A DNA stretch of 64,000 nucleotides from an uncultured Gammaproteobacteria bacterium (GTDB lineage Bacteria > Patescibacteriota > Microgenomatia > JALYQM01), in NCBI GenBank assembly GCA_964403585.1, contig CAYOFQ010000001.1:960826-1024825 (forward strand). The letters are read 5' to 3'. Below are positions 22,457-32,642 of the stretch, one piece after another. Each line of letters opens with the position of its first letter. Position 1 is the stretch's first letter. Below the pieces are notes generated by a model. That model ran no database searches and was not told the origin of the DNA. It saw only the letters and a program-made list of their open reading frames with translations. A program made the position numbers and the translations under genes.

Positions 22457-24562
22457 TCAATTAGCCTCGACCTTTTCCTGATCCGCCAGTGATTTAGCCA
22501 ATAATAACGGGTGCCGCTTCAGCCCAGGATCGGCTTCTAATAGCCTTACAGCGTCACTTTTAACCCGACTGAGTAACTGTGTATCAAAGAAGTCGGCATA
22601 CTTAAAAAGCACTTTCCCCGACTGTTGTACACCGAAGATATTACCGGCACCACGGTATTTAAGGTCAATTTCGGCCAATTCAAGACCGGAATCGCTCGTC
22701 TCGAGAGCCTTCAGCCGGCGGGAATCCTCCTGTTGCTCAGTTGAAGTGAACAGCAAACAGTAGGCCTGCTGGCCCCCTCTTCCCACCCGGCCACGCAACT
22801 GGTGCAACTGCGCTAATCCAAACCGTTCAGCCGATTCAATTAGAATGATCGACGCATTCGGGATATCGATCCCTACCTCCACCACCGGAGTACATACCAG
22901 TATCTCCATTTCCTTATCCCGGAAACGGGCCAGAATCTCATCCTTCTCAGCTGCTTTCATTCCGCCATGCAACAGCCCAACTTTCAAATCCGGAAAAACA
23001 ATCGTCCGCAAACGGTCAAATTCATCAACAGCCGCCTTGACGGTATCTGACGATTCGGAAGACTCAATAAAAGGACACACCACAAAAACCTGTTCACCTG
23101 TCTTCTGAATATGTTCACGAATCCAGGTATACGCACCATCCCGTTTCTGCACCGGCACTACCCATGTTTTAATCGGTTTTCGGCCGGGCGGCATTTCATC
23201 AATTACCGAGAGATCCAGATCACCATACAGCGTGAGCGCTAAAGTTCGGGGAATCGGCGTCGCTGTCATCGACAAAATATGAGTCATCCCGTGACGGGAT
23301 CGTAAATACGCACGTTGGGCAACTCCGAAACGGTGTTGTTCATCAACAACAGTCAGTGCAACCTTTTCAAAACGCAGATCTCCATGTAATAACGCGTGAG
23401 TTCCAACAATAATATCAGATTTCTCGAACTCCACTTTCACTTCTTCATCTTTAAATTTCTTACCGCCGGTCAGTAAAGCAACTTTTACACCAAACGGTGA
23501 CAATATCCGCTGGATCGTTGCATAATGTTGCGTAGCCAGAATTTGAGTCGGCGCCATCAGTGTACTCTTATACCCGCACAAATACGCGGCGTACATAGCA
23601 AGCGCTGCCACAACTGTTTTTCCTGAACCGACATCCCCCTCCACTAAACGGTTCATCGGTTCATTTTTTTGCATGTCGGACAAAATCTCATTCACAACTC
23701 GGGACTGTGCACCTGTCAGTGCAAACGGTAATGAATCCAGCACTTCCTGTATTCGACTTTGATGTTCAGTAAAATCAAGTACAAAGTCAAGCTTTTTTGA
23801 TCGCCACTGCACACGCTGCAGCTGTGACCGCAACTGCGCACACAATATCTCCTCATAGGCAAAGCGGTGCCTGGCACTGTCGGCATCGGACAACGATTCA
23901 GGAAAATGCATTGACTGAATTGCCTTGGATAAAGGATACAAATTGTTACGGGAGATAAGTTCGTCAGGCAGATACTCTTCGGGATATTCACCTAAATTTT
24001 CGATTACATGCGCAACCTTTTCGCGAATCCACCGGGAGTTAATGCCGGCCGTCTCACTATACACAGGAACTAATCTGCCCGCATGCAGCGATCGCTCCGG
24101 AGTAACTGCATCGACCTCAAGCTGTCGCACATCGGCGACACGATTCCCCAACGGCTCATTCACCCGCTCCCATTTTGGTGCAACCAGTGTCTCAATACGA
24201 TTGTATTCCTGAATTTTTCCGGTCAATCGATACGTTTGCCCGGGACGCAGGCTTTTTGTTAAATAGGGCTGATTAAACCAGGTAACCGGCAGAAGACCAC
24301 TCTCATCTTTAAACAAAGCTTTAGTGAGCTTCTTGCCATTCCGTGTATAGATATTCTCAATCGACAGCAGCTGCGCCACAATAGTGACATTCGTATTAAG
24401 TTCAACAGTCCGGCTCGTCGCTACTGTTGTAAAGTCGTCATACCGGAACGGAAAATAAAACAGCAGATCTTGTACAGTAAACAATCCAAGACTTTGCAAA
24501 CGCGAAAGGTACGATGCCCCCACTCCGGGAAGCTTAGTGAGCGGATTCGACAAATGAAGCAT
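22457..24562 (-). CDS. recG: ATP-dependent DNA helicase RecG
   Basis: The 701 aa product has helicase motifs (GDVGSGKT, DEQHRFG). The domain order is RecG-like, with the wedge domain N-terminal. Confidence 0.88.
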   Translation of the reverse strand: MLHLSNPLTKLPGVGASYLSRLQSLGLFTVQDLLFYFPFRYDDFTTVATSRTVELNTNVTIVAQLLSIENIYTRNGKKLTKALFKDESGLLPVTWFNQPYLTKSLRPGQTYRLTGKIQEYNRIETLVAPKWERVNEPLGNRVADVRQLEVDAVTPERSLHAGRLVPVYSETAGINSRWIREKVAHVIENLGEYPEEYLPDELISRNNLYPLSKAIQSMHFPESLSDADSARHRFAYEEILCAQLRSQLQRVQWRSKKLDFVLDFTEHQSRIQEVLDSLPFALTGAQSRVVNEILSDMQKNEPMNRLVEGDVGSGKTVVAALAMYAAYLCGYKSTLMAPTQILATQHYATIQRILSPFGVKVALLTGGKKFKDEEVKVEFEKSDIIVGTHALLHGDLRFEKVALTVVDEQHRFGVAQRAYLRSRHGMTHILSMTATPIPRTLALTLYGDLDLSVIDEMPPGRKPIKTWVVPVQKRDGAYTWIREHIQKTGEQVFVVCPFIESSESSDTVKAAVDEFDRLRTIVFPDLKVGLLHGGMKAAEKDEILARFRDKEMEILVCTPVVEVGIDIPNASIILIESAERFGLAQLHQLRGRVGRGGQQAYCLLFTSTEQQEDSRRLKALETSDSGLELAEIDLKYRGAGNIFGVQQSGKVLFKYADFFDTQLLSRVKSDAVRLLEADPGLKRHPLLLAKSLADQEKVEAN

Positions 24563-24576
24563 CGGTAAGCTCCTGC

Positions 24577-24678
24577 TTAATAAAGAAAGCCGGACAATAA
24601 CGAAGAGACCACCAGGGCCAAAAATGCTACTACAACTACTGCCGACACTATTTTTTTATGATTCTGAATAAACTCCAT
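24577..24678 (-). CDS. Possible 33 aa single-TM micro-protein (MEFIQNHKKIVSAVVVVAFLALVVSSLLSGFLY)
   Basis: This is an untracked small ORF in the recG-tyrS spacer. It has a hydrophobic core. No strong SD is present. Confidence 0.2.
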   Translation of the reverse strand: MEFIQNHKKIVSAVVVVAFLALVVSSLLSGFLY

Positions 24679-24686
24679 GGTATCCC

Positions 24687-25892
24687 CTATTTGGATTCAA
24701 CTTTTAACGTCAGGAAACGTCGCTTCCCTACTTTAATTATAAGACCGGATTTTGCTTCCACAAGAGTATGCACATCGGTAATACGTTTTTCTTCCTCATT
24801 CTGCAGCAACGTTACTCCTCCTTGTAGGATTAGCCGACGCGCTTCACCTTTACTGGTAACCAGACCGGTATCCTGCAATAAGTCGGTGATTCCGTACAGC
24901 CCTGGATCAATCGTCCACTCGGGGATATCTTCAGGTAACTCATCATTTTGCACGGTGGACTCAAAATGCTCCTGTGCATGTGTCGCTTCCGATTCAGAAT
25001 AGAAACGCTGGGCCAATTCAAAAGCGAGTTGTTTTTTATAGTCAACCGGATTTGCACCACTGTCGATGTTCCGCTTAATTTCATCGATCTTCTCAAGGGG
25101 AACTTCAGAACACATCGTAAAAAGCGGCAATATAAAGGTATCCGGCAAGGACATTATCTTTCCATAAAAGTCCTGCGCCGGAATCCCCAACGGCACTCCC
25201 GTACCGTCACTGGTGCTCATCTTTTTACCGTTGGTATTAACGATAAGCGGCGTAACCACAACAGCTTTTTCTTTGTGCAGATAATTATCAATCAGCTTAC
25301 GTCCGGCAAGCATATTAAACGTTTGATCGGTGCCGCCAATTTCAACATCAACATTTAAAGCCACGCTATCATACCCCTGCATCAGCGGATACATAAATTC
25401 ATGCAAACTGATAGGCAAATTGTTCTGAATTCTCTTCTGGAACATATCCCGCTCAATCATCTGCTGAACGGTAAAGTGAGAAGCCAACTGAACCACTTCC
25501 TTAAAAGAAAGCTTTTCCAGCCAGTCACCATTGTAAACGACTTCAGGAGGATTATTTTTAAAATCAAGAATCTTGGCGGCCAAATCGACATAATTTTTGG
25601 CATTCTCGACAACCTGTTCTTTAGTTAAAGGCACCCGGGTTTTATCTTTACCGGTCGGGTCACCAATCATGGCGGTAAAACTCCCGATCAGCAAAAAAGT
25701 TTTGTGACCAAGTTTTTGAAAATGGCGCAACTTAAATAACGGAACTACATGATGCAATTGCAGCGGGCCGGTAGGATCCACACCCCAATACACACGCAAC
25801 GGTTCCGTTCCGGCAAGCCTTTTTTCCAGAAACTCCCGTGAAGGATAAATACTATCAACGTTTCGCTCAAGAAGTGTTTGTAGGTCGTCCAT
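24687..25892 (-). CDS. tyrS: Tyrosyl-tRNA synthetase
   Basis: It is a class I aaRS. A HIGH-like LQLHH motif stands in place of HIGH and KMSTS in place of KMSKS. A C-terminal S4-like domain is present. The preferred start is MDDLQTL at 25892. Confidence 0.85.
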   Translation of the reverse strand: MDDLQTLLERNVDSIYPSREFLEKRLAGTEPLRVYWGVDPTGPLQLHHVVPLFKLRHFQKLGHKTFLLIGSFTAMIGDPTGKDKTRVPLTKEQVVENAKNYVDLAAKILDFKNNPPEVVYNGDWLEKLSFKEVVQLASHFTVQQMIERDMFQKRIQNNLPISLHEFMYPLMQGYDSVALNVDVEIGGTDQTFNMLAGRKLIDNYLHKEKAVVVTPLIVNTNGKKMSTSDGTGVPLGIPAQDFYGKIMSLPDTFILPLFTMCSEVPLEKIDEIKRNIDSGANPVDYKKQLAFELAQRFYSESEATHAQEHFESTVQNDELPEDIPEWTIDPGLYGITDLLQDTGLVTSKGEARRLILQGGVTLLQNEEEKRITDVHTLVEAKSGLIIKVGKRRFLTLKVESK

Positions 25893-25999
25893 GGCAAAAA
25901 TTATACTAGATTCTAATATCTGCGAACAAGCGGCATTTGCCCAGTAACATATAGCGTACCTTTTGACTTTTATTGCACTCTCTCTGTTATAATAAAGCA

Positions 26000-28552
26000 A
26001 TGCAAGATTTAAAAAATGCGTTTTCGTCGCGTCGTGCCAAACTCGATAAGAAAGGCAATAAAGAGAAAGTCGAGCTCACAACTAAGCAAAAAATCCTCAC
26101 TATAACTGCCGTACTTCTCAGTGTATTTTTCGGTCTCTTTCTGATCGGCATTGTCGTGGTAATTATTGTCTTTGCCTGGTTCGCCAGAGACTTACCGAGC
26201 CCGACCACACTGAAAGACCGTACTGTTGAACAGGCAACTAAGATCATGGACCGCACCGGCAAAACCCTCTATAACGTCTATGACGCCGAAAACCGTGAAC
26301 TTGTTACCCTCGACAAAATTCCCAAGCACGTTATCAATGCCACCATTGATACTGAAGATAAGGATTTTTATAAACACCAGGGCTTCGCTGTCGAAGGCTA
26401 CTTCCGTATTTTATACGACTTGGTTCGCTATCGTAAACTTATCGGAGCCTCATCTATTACGCAACAGCTGGTAAAAAACACCCTTGTCGGTGGCGACCGT
26501 ACACCAACCCGCAAACTCCGTGAACTCATTTTAGCTATCCAGGTCGATAAACGATTCAGCAAAGATGAAGTACTGCAGATGTACCTGAATGAAATTCCCT
26601 ATGGCGGAACAACCTATGGTATCCAAACCGCGGCCCAAACTTATTTTGGAAAAAATGTCAGCGATCTCAGCCTTACCGAGGCAGCCATTCTGGCCGGGCT
26701 CCCCCAAAGTCCAACCTACTACTCCCCTTTCGGCGAATATCCGGATGCATTTAAAGACCGGACTAAATATGTCTTGCGACGTATGCGCGAAGAAGGACAT
26801 ATCACCAAAGATGAGGAACAGGCTTCGATTGCCGAACTCGATACTATTAAGTTCGCTGATCAGAAAATCGACATCAAAGCTCCTCATTTTACACTCTATG
26901 TTAAAGATCTTCTGGAAGAGAAATACGGGAAGGAATTAGTAGCCGAAGGCGGGTTGCGCGTTTACACATCATTGGATTTGGATTTGCAAAATAAAGTTCA
27001 GGATATTGTCAAAACCGAAGTTGATAAACTGGCGAAAGCGAAAGTCGGTAATGGCGCGGCAGTGGTACTGAATCCCAAAACCGGTGAAATCCTGGCCATG
27101 GTTGGATCCAAAGATTACTTTGCCAAAGACTACGACGGCCAGGTAAACGTAACTGTCCGCCCCAGACAGCCGGGATCCGCTACCAAGCCAATCACCTACG
27201 CAGTAGGCTTCACCAAAGGATACACACCGGCAACCATGTGGCTTGATGTCCAGACAGCCTTTGACGCAGGTCCAGGGCAAGAACCTTACAAACCAGTGAA
27301 CTATGACGGTAAATACCGCGGTCCGGTCCAAACCCGCACCGCGCTTGGCTCCTCGCTTAACATCACTGCGGTAAAAGCACTCGCTGTTAATGGCATTAAA
27401 GACACCATGAAAGTAGCCTACGATATGGGACTCACTAATTGGGAGCCGACGCCGCAGGCTATGCAAAATGTTGGACTGTCTTTAACATTAGGTGGTCGCG
27501 AAACCTCACTACTCGATCTGGCCTCAGCCTACGCGGTATTTGCCAATCAGGGCGTTAAACAGGATCTTGTCTCGGTAATAAAAGTCACCGATTCAAAAGG
27601 AAAAGTTATCGATGAGTTCAAACCGGCTACCGGAAAACGTATCTTAAAGCCCGAAATCACCTACCTTATTTCAGACATTCTTTCCGATGACAACGCCAGA
27701 ATTCCGGCCTTCGGACCACGCAGCTTACTGTATATTTCGGGCAAGCATGTGGCAGTCAAAACCGGTACCACCGACCAGAAACGAGACAACTGGGCATTTG
27801 GCTACACTCCTTCTTACGTTGTTGGTACCTGGGTCGGAAATAATAATAACACCGTCATGGACAATTCAATTGCCTCCGGTGTTACCGGTGCTACCCCAAT
27901 CTGGAATAAAATTATCCACACCTTAATCGACGGCAAGCCGGATGAGTGGTACACCAAACCGGACGAAGTAACCGCCCCGCTCGCAGTAGATTCCCGTACC
28001 GGTATGCGACCGGGTAACGGCACAACCGCTACCCGTCCTGAGATATTCATTAAAGGCACCGAACCACAACCAAACGATATAACCTACCAGAACGTTCGCG
28101 TTTGTAAGGGAACCAATGATGTTGAACACGACGGATGTGAAGCCGAAGATAAGCAGTTTGCTATTCTTACCGATCCATATCTGAAAATGTTCAACAAGCC
28201 GGGTGTCTGTCAGGGTGATTGTCCGAATGGCGGATCATTTGGAGGCTACTCCTCTATCGGGGGAAGTCCGAAAGATGCACCGGATATCAACATCAAAGAC
28301 ATACCGGATCAGGCCAACGTTCCTTTCACCTTCAATCTTTCAGCAGAGGCCAATCCGAAAGGTGATGCACAAATTGCCAACATGAAGATTTATATTGATG
28401 ATTATAACTTGGTCCGTACGACAAGCTCATCACCAATCAGTGCCCAGATTAACTTCCAGCAGTCACAAGCCGGGACACATAAAATTCGCGTCGAAGCAAC
28501 TGACAATAAAAATGTGACTTCAACAAAAGAGATTACGGTGAATGTGAGATAA
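26000..28552 (+). CDS. Class A penicillin-binding protein (glycosyltransferase + transpeptidase) with a C-terminal extension
   Basis: It has an N-terminal TM helix, GT51 motifs (EDKDFYKHQG, ITQQLVKN) and transpeptidase SxxK/SxN/KTG motifs (SATKP, KTGTT). The preferred start is MQDLKNAF at 26000. Confidence 0.85.
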   Translation: MQDLKNAFSSRRAKLDKKGNKEKVELTTKQKILTITAVLLSVFFGLFLIGIVVVIIVFAWFARDLPSPTTLKDRTVEQATKIMDRTGKTLYNVYDAENRELVTLDKIPKHVINATIDTEDKDFYKHQGFAVEGYFRILYDLVRYRKLIGASSITQQLVKNTLVGGDRTPTRKLRELILAIQVDKRFSKDEVLQMYLNEIPYGGTTYGIQTAAQTYFGKNVSDLSLTEAAILAGLPQSPTYYSPFGEYPDAFKDRTKYVLRRMREEGHITKDEEQASIAELDTIKFADQKIDIKAPHFTLYVKDLLEEKYGKELVAEGGLRVYTSLDLDLQNKVQDIVKTEVDKLAKAKVGNGAAVVLNPKTGEILAMVGSKDYFAKDYDGQVNVTVRPRQPGSATKPITYAVGFTKGYTPATMWLDVQTAFDAGPGQEPYKPVNYDGKYRGPVQTRTALGSSLNITAVKALAVNGIKDTMKVAYDMGLTNWEPTPQAMQNVGLSLTLGGRETSLLDLASAYAVFANQGVKQDLVSVIKVTDSKGKVIDEFKPATGKRILKPEITYLISDILSDDNARIPAFGPRSLLYISGKHVAVKTGTTDQKRDNWAFGYTPSYVVGTWVGNNNNTVMDNSIASGVTGATPIWNKIIHTLIDGKPDEWYTKPDEVTAPLAVDSRTGMRPGNGTTATRPEIFIKGTEPQPNDITYQNVRVCKGTNDVEHDGCEAEDKQFAILTDPYLKMFNKPGVCQGDCPNGGSFGGYSSIGGSPKDAPDINIKDIPDQANVPFTFNLSAEANPKGDAQIANMKIYIDDYNLVRTTSSSPISAQINFQQSQAGTHKIRVEATDNKNVTSTKEITVNVR

Positions 28553-28691
28553 AAAAGAGATCTCCCGGCTACCGTATATGCATAAATGTATCATGAAAAA
28601 ACGCATAAAGCGTTAATCATAACTCAGTTATGAGCATACGGTAGACGAGAGACCTCAAGAAAATTGCTAAGACAATGCAAATAAGGGTAGG

Positions 28692-29141
28692 CTAGTTGTT
28701 GCAGAACCGCAACCGTTGAATCTCTACCACGGAGCCAGGCGCAGCGGTCACCGCAACGGTAACTGGAACCCTGGCGTGGGCGATGACAATGTTATTAAAC
28801 TCTGACGCTGCCGGCCATGTACGGGTGTATCTTGACTCATATACCTCAGCAGCTCCATCGACCCAAAAGCCAACAGCATCCGACCAGTGAACCGAAAAGT
28901 CCACCGTTGCCATGCTACTTGGCTTAGCGGAAAAACCTTCCCCGTCGTTGAGCTCCATATAGGCCTCAACATAGTCCCCCAACTCCTGATCCTGCGGCAC
29001 GTCGACCGTCTCAGTCTGCGTGTAGCAAACCCAGGTCTCAGAGGATGGAGCACGCACCACGGCAGCATCTGCCGATGGAATTTTAAGTCCCAGCAAAGCG
29101 ACACCCAGCGCGAATAGAGCCGAAAAAATGCTGTTCCTCAT
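28692..29141 (-). CDS. Small secreted protein encoded in a GC-rich (about 57%) island. Function unknown.
   Basis: It has a Sec signal peptide (FSALFALGVALLGLKIPSADA|AV). Local GC and GC3 are far above the window background. The gene is preceded by AAGGAGG. Confidence 0.6.
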   Translation of the reverse strand: MRNSIFSALFALGVALLGLKIPSADAAVVRAPSSETWVCYTQTETVDVPQDQELGDYVEAYMELNDGEGFSAKPSSMATVDFSVHWSDAVGFWVDGAAEVYESRYTRTWPAASEFNNIVIAHARVPVTVAVTAAPGSVVEIQRLRFCNN

Positions 29142-29197
29142 AGCTCATGCCCTCCTTACGGCAACCCACGGTCCTTATTTTCCGCGGTATCAAATTG

Positions 29198-29250
29198 CCT
29201 TTGGCACAAGCGACGCCCGATTTATAATCCGGTGCCATTTGTGCCAAAGG
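29198..29250 (-). promoter_or_regulatory. 12 bp perfect inverted repeat (cctttggcacaa ... ttgtgccaaagg) in the long 5' leader of the GC-rich gene
   Basis: The repeat was read directly. The loop holds a second ggtgcc that could pair with the same 5' arm, giving an alternative structure. Confidence 0.4.
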
Positions 29251-29401
29251 AAGGCTATCTACTGTATGCTAACGGTAGCAGGGAGTGGTTGGAAGTCTTA
29301 TTTATACCCGATCTCCTTGAGCTCAGATGAACTCAAATTAACGAGGTAATACGGCTTCCAATACTCCCAACTACGTTTATTTTTTAAGGTACACGTTGCT
29401 A

Positions 29402-29430
29402 ATTATAGCATAATTTAAGCATAAATTCAA
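29402..29430 (-). promoter_or_regulatory. Near-consensus sigma70 promoter (TTGAAT-17-TATAAT) driving the GC-rich gene through a leader of about 250 nt
   Basis: The minus strand reads TTGAATttatgcttaaattatgcTATAAT. It lies about 20 nt downstream of the stop of the upstream gene. Confidence 0.5.
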
Positions 29431-29450
29431 GTACTATAGGATATTTTCAA

Positions 29451-30191
29451 TTAATAGTCTATCCACTTAATAGGAACGCGCCCGCTGTCAAACTCATCAA
29501 CAATCTGCTGAAGCTTCTGCTCATGACGAGTTTTCGCGACCTTTATATACATTTCCCGTAGCTGAGGATAATACGTATCCTTAAAATGCTTTCGTGCTAT
29601 GGTAAGCCTCCACAACAAGGCACGATATTCGGCAGGAGTAGCTAACTTCACCTCCATCGGAGCCAGCGGATCAACATCCGGTTCTCCTTCAATACCTTTT
29701 CGGGACAGATACGCTTGATGCGCAGCTTCTTCTACTCCGGCGAAAAGCATGGCATCCTCTGCATTATCATAAACCGCGCCCCCATGAATAGAAACAACCC
29801 GACGGGTAAGAAAGGAAGGTCTATTTTTCTTCTTTATTTCGTGAACAAACGAGGATCTATTTAAGTGAATTGATGAATCACCTTCTTGAACCCAGATCGA
29901 GGGACTCGGATAATATTCGGTCTCTCCTACTTTTTGGATAGATGGTTTAGTATCGTCCCAAGCTATATCTAAAAATCTTCTGTTGGCTGATAATCGGGCA
30001 TCTACTAAAGACACCCCAAACGCCAGATTGCCTAAAAGACGCGAACCATAGGCAATATCTTCCTGACTTAGAGAGTAGTCCTTCAGCTGTTCAGCAACCC
30101 ATGAAGCAGAATCACCGGCAACACTCGCGACAAATGCCTCCCGACGATCATGAAAATTTTCAACTACCGGTGGTGTACGTTCTTCTTCCAT
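29451..30191 (-). CDS. Hypothetical protein (246 aa)
   Basis: It is a long ORF with native codon usage. No family was recognized. Confidence 0.5.
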   Translation of the reverse strand: MEEERTPPVVENFHDRREAFVASVAGDSASWVAEQLKDYSLSQEDIAYGSRLLGNLAFGVSLVDARLSANRRFLDIAWDDTKPSIQKVGETEYYPSPSIWVQEGDSSIHLNRSSFVHEIKKKNRPSFLTRRVVSIHGGAVYDNAEDAMLFAGVEEAAHQAYLSRKGIEGEPDVDPLAPMEVKLATPAEYRALLWRLTIARKHFKDTYYPQLREMYIKVAKTRHEQKLQQIVDEFDSGRVPIKWIDY

Positions 30192-30194
30192 ATA

Positions 30195-32633
30195 TTAGGA
30201 ACGCAAAACTGCAGAATAGTTTGTAGACATATGCTCGGTAATCATGTTCCGGATTTGCTCAGCATCTTTTTCTTTAATTGGCCCTTCGGTCGATTGATAG
30301 ACAAAAGTAAAGGTCACAGCTTTCTTACCCGATTCAATCTGATCGCCATGATATGGTTTACCAACTTCAACTTTAACAATACGCGCGTCCAGGTTTCTGG
30401 CGGAAGCAACCATTGTACCTACTGACTGAGATTCATCCATAATAAACGACATCGCCTCGGTTGTTTCGGGGTATACAGAGTAAGGCTGATACGAAACAGT
30501 CAGCTGCGCTTTCTCTACCAACGGTGAAAAAGCCAGATCAAACATGAACGAACTTTGTTTAAGTCCTAATTTTTCCTGCAATTGCGGGTGTATCTCACCA
30601 TACAATCCAATTACATTCTCACCGTCCAGACTAATACCACCTACTCTTCCTGGGTGGAACATCCCAAAAGCAGGCAATTTTTGTAACTTCTCGGCATCCT
30701 GTACAAACGAAACACCCGTTATACGCAGTGTCGAAAAAAGTACGCGCAAAGTAGCCTGTACACATCCAAAAGCCGATTCAAAATCATATTGTACAGGAGC
30801 AACGATACCGGATACATATAATGGTTCAAATGCTAAACTTACAGCTTCATCGGGCAAAATGTCATATACATTCCGGTGATACACCGATGAAAGTTCAAAC
30901 AAATGTAAATCCTGCCGCAAATGTTTATTTTTTTCTGCTACCCACAACAGGTTCGGCAACAGTGATAATCGCAAATATCGCTGTTCCTCCGACAATGGAT
31001 TAGCCATCTCTAAGGCGTTTTCAATCGCATAGCCACTCATTTCAATTTGTTCACGACTATTGAAAGAATAGGTTAATACCTCCTGAAAGCCCAAGCCTTT
31101 CAGCGCATCCAGTGCAACTTTTTTAACAACAAGTTTTTTATTCGTTGGAACAAACGGAATCTGCCCTACCGGAGTGGCAATTCGAACATTATCATACCCA
31201 TAGATACGTGTGACCTCTTCAATAAGATCTTCCTCAATCGAAACATCCCGGCGGCGCCAGCTCGGCACAGACACGGTTAACCGCCATTCAACATCATTAC
31301 CTTCTCTGGACAGTGTCGCAAAACCCAAACTATTCAAGATCCGTTCGGCATCGGCACACGGCATCGATTCGCCAAGATACACCTGTAACAAGCGCGAAGT
31401 AAGAGTTACCGGATTATTTTCGGCAGACGCTGTATACACCTCAACCAACGGAGTAACCAAGCGGGCCTGAGCATATTCATGGAGCAAATGATTGAGACGG
31501 CTTAAGGTGAAAGGTACGCCTTCAACATCGATTCCCCGTTCAAAACGAACGATAGCTTCACTACGGATGTTTAATTTCATGCCGGTGCGGCGAATCCGTA
31601 CTGGGTCAAAGTTTGCCACTTCCAATAACAGAGCACGCGTTTCGGCAGTGATTTTACTTGCATTTCCGCCCATAATTCCGGCCAAACCTAATACTTTCTC
31701 GGGATCGGCAATCACCACAATACTCTCATCAAGCGCATAGCTCTTTTCATCCAGTGTTTGCAGCGGCTCGCCTTTATGCGCGTTTCGTACAACAAAAGTA
31801 CGATCTTTTACTTGCAAAGCGTCATAGGCATGCGACGGCTGTCCGAGCTCCAGCATGACGTAGTTCGTTATATCCACGAGATTGTTAATTGGACGCATTC
31901 CCGCCCGTAATAACCGTTGCTGCATCCACATAGGTGAAGTACCAAGCGTAAAACCGTCAAATCCAATCACCGAAAACCGCGGACAGGCAGCGGGGTCTTC
32001 AACGGAAACTGAGATAGTGGGAATAGTATCGGATTTACCGGTACTCCCGAGCGCCAAAGTAACCGGCATTTTCAGTTCCTTACCGAAAAGAGTCGCAACT
32101 TCACGGGCAATACCAACCACACTGTTTAAGTCACCACGATTAGCGGTAATTTCTACATCAAAAACAATATCGGGTAATCCCAGGTACTCAACCAAACGAC
32201 TGCCAACAACGGCGTCGACACCCAAAATCATAATACCCTCATGACTATCGGCTAATTCCAGTTCGCGCTCCGAACACATCATTCCGTGCGAATCGTATCC
32301 CCGTAGTTTTGTCACTTCAATCTTAGTTCCATTAGGTAAAACATTTCCGGGTAAAATAACCGGCACCTTAGCGCCTTCAAATATATTGGCAGCCCCGGTA
32401 ACAATTTGTACTGATTCGGTTCCGATAGAGACCTGGCATACCCATAAATGATCAGAATCCGGATGCCGTTCCTGTCTGGTAATTTCACCAATCACAATAT
32501 GCTCTATGCCTTCACCAACAGTATGCTGGCGTTCAACAGCCAACCCCGAAGCCGACATCTTCTTGCGAAGTTCCTCAAGCGAGATATCGGATATATCAAC
32601 GTATTCTTTTAACCAAGATAACGGTACTAACAT
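30195..32633 (-). CDS. pheT: Phenylalanyl-tRNA synthetase beta subunit
   Basis: The 812 aa product has the tRNA-binding, B3/B4, B5 and FDX-ACB domain order. It lies downstream of pheS. Confidence 0.9.
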   Translation of the reverse strand: MLVPLSWLKEYVDISDISLEELRKKMSASGLAVERQHTVGEGIEHIVIGEITRQERHPDSDHLWVCQVSIGTESVQIVTGAANIFEGAKVPVILPGNVLPNGTKIEVTKLRGYDSHGMMCSERELELADSHEGIMILGVDAVVGSRLVEYLGLPDIVFDVEITANRGDLNSVVGIAREVATLFGKELKMPVTLALGSTGKSDTIPTISVSVEDPAACPRFSVIGFDGFTLGTSPMWMQQRLLRAGMRPINNLVDITNYVMLELGQPSHAYDALQVKDRTFVVRNAHKGEPLQTLDEKSYALDESIVVIADPEKVLGLAGIMGGNASKITAETRALLLEVANFDPVRIRRTGMKLNIRSEAIVRFERGIDVEGVPFTLSRLNHLLHEYAQARLVTPLVEVYTASAENNPVTLTSRLLQVYLGESMPCADAERILNSLGFATLSREGNDVEWRLTVSVPSWRRRDVSIEEDLIEEVTRIYGYDNVRIATPVGQIPFVPTNKKLVVKKVALDALKGLGFQEVLTYSFNSREQIEMSGYAIENALEMANPLSEEQRYLRLSLLPNLLWVAEKNKHLRQDLHLFELSSVYHRNVYDILPDEAVSLAFEPLYVSGIVAPVQYDFESAFGCVQATLRVLFSTLRITGVSFVQDAEKLQKLPAFGMFHPGRVGGISLDGENVIGLYGEIHPQLQEKLGLKQSSFMFDLAFSPLVEKAQLTVSYQPYSVYPETTEAMSFIMDESQSVGTMVASARNLDARIVKVEVGKPYHGDQIESGKKAVTFTFVYQSTEGPIKEKDAEQIRNMITEHMSTNYSAVLRS

Positions 32634-32642
32634 AATTTATCC

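Noticed and set aside
24658-25358. Plus-strand ORFs of 114-136 aa overlapping tyrS
   Set aside because: They are antisense to a well-supported class I aaRS gene and have no independent support.
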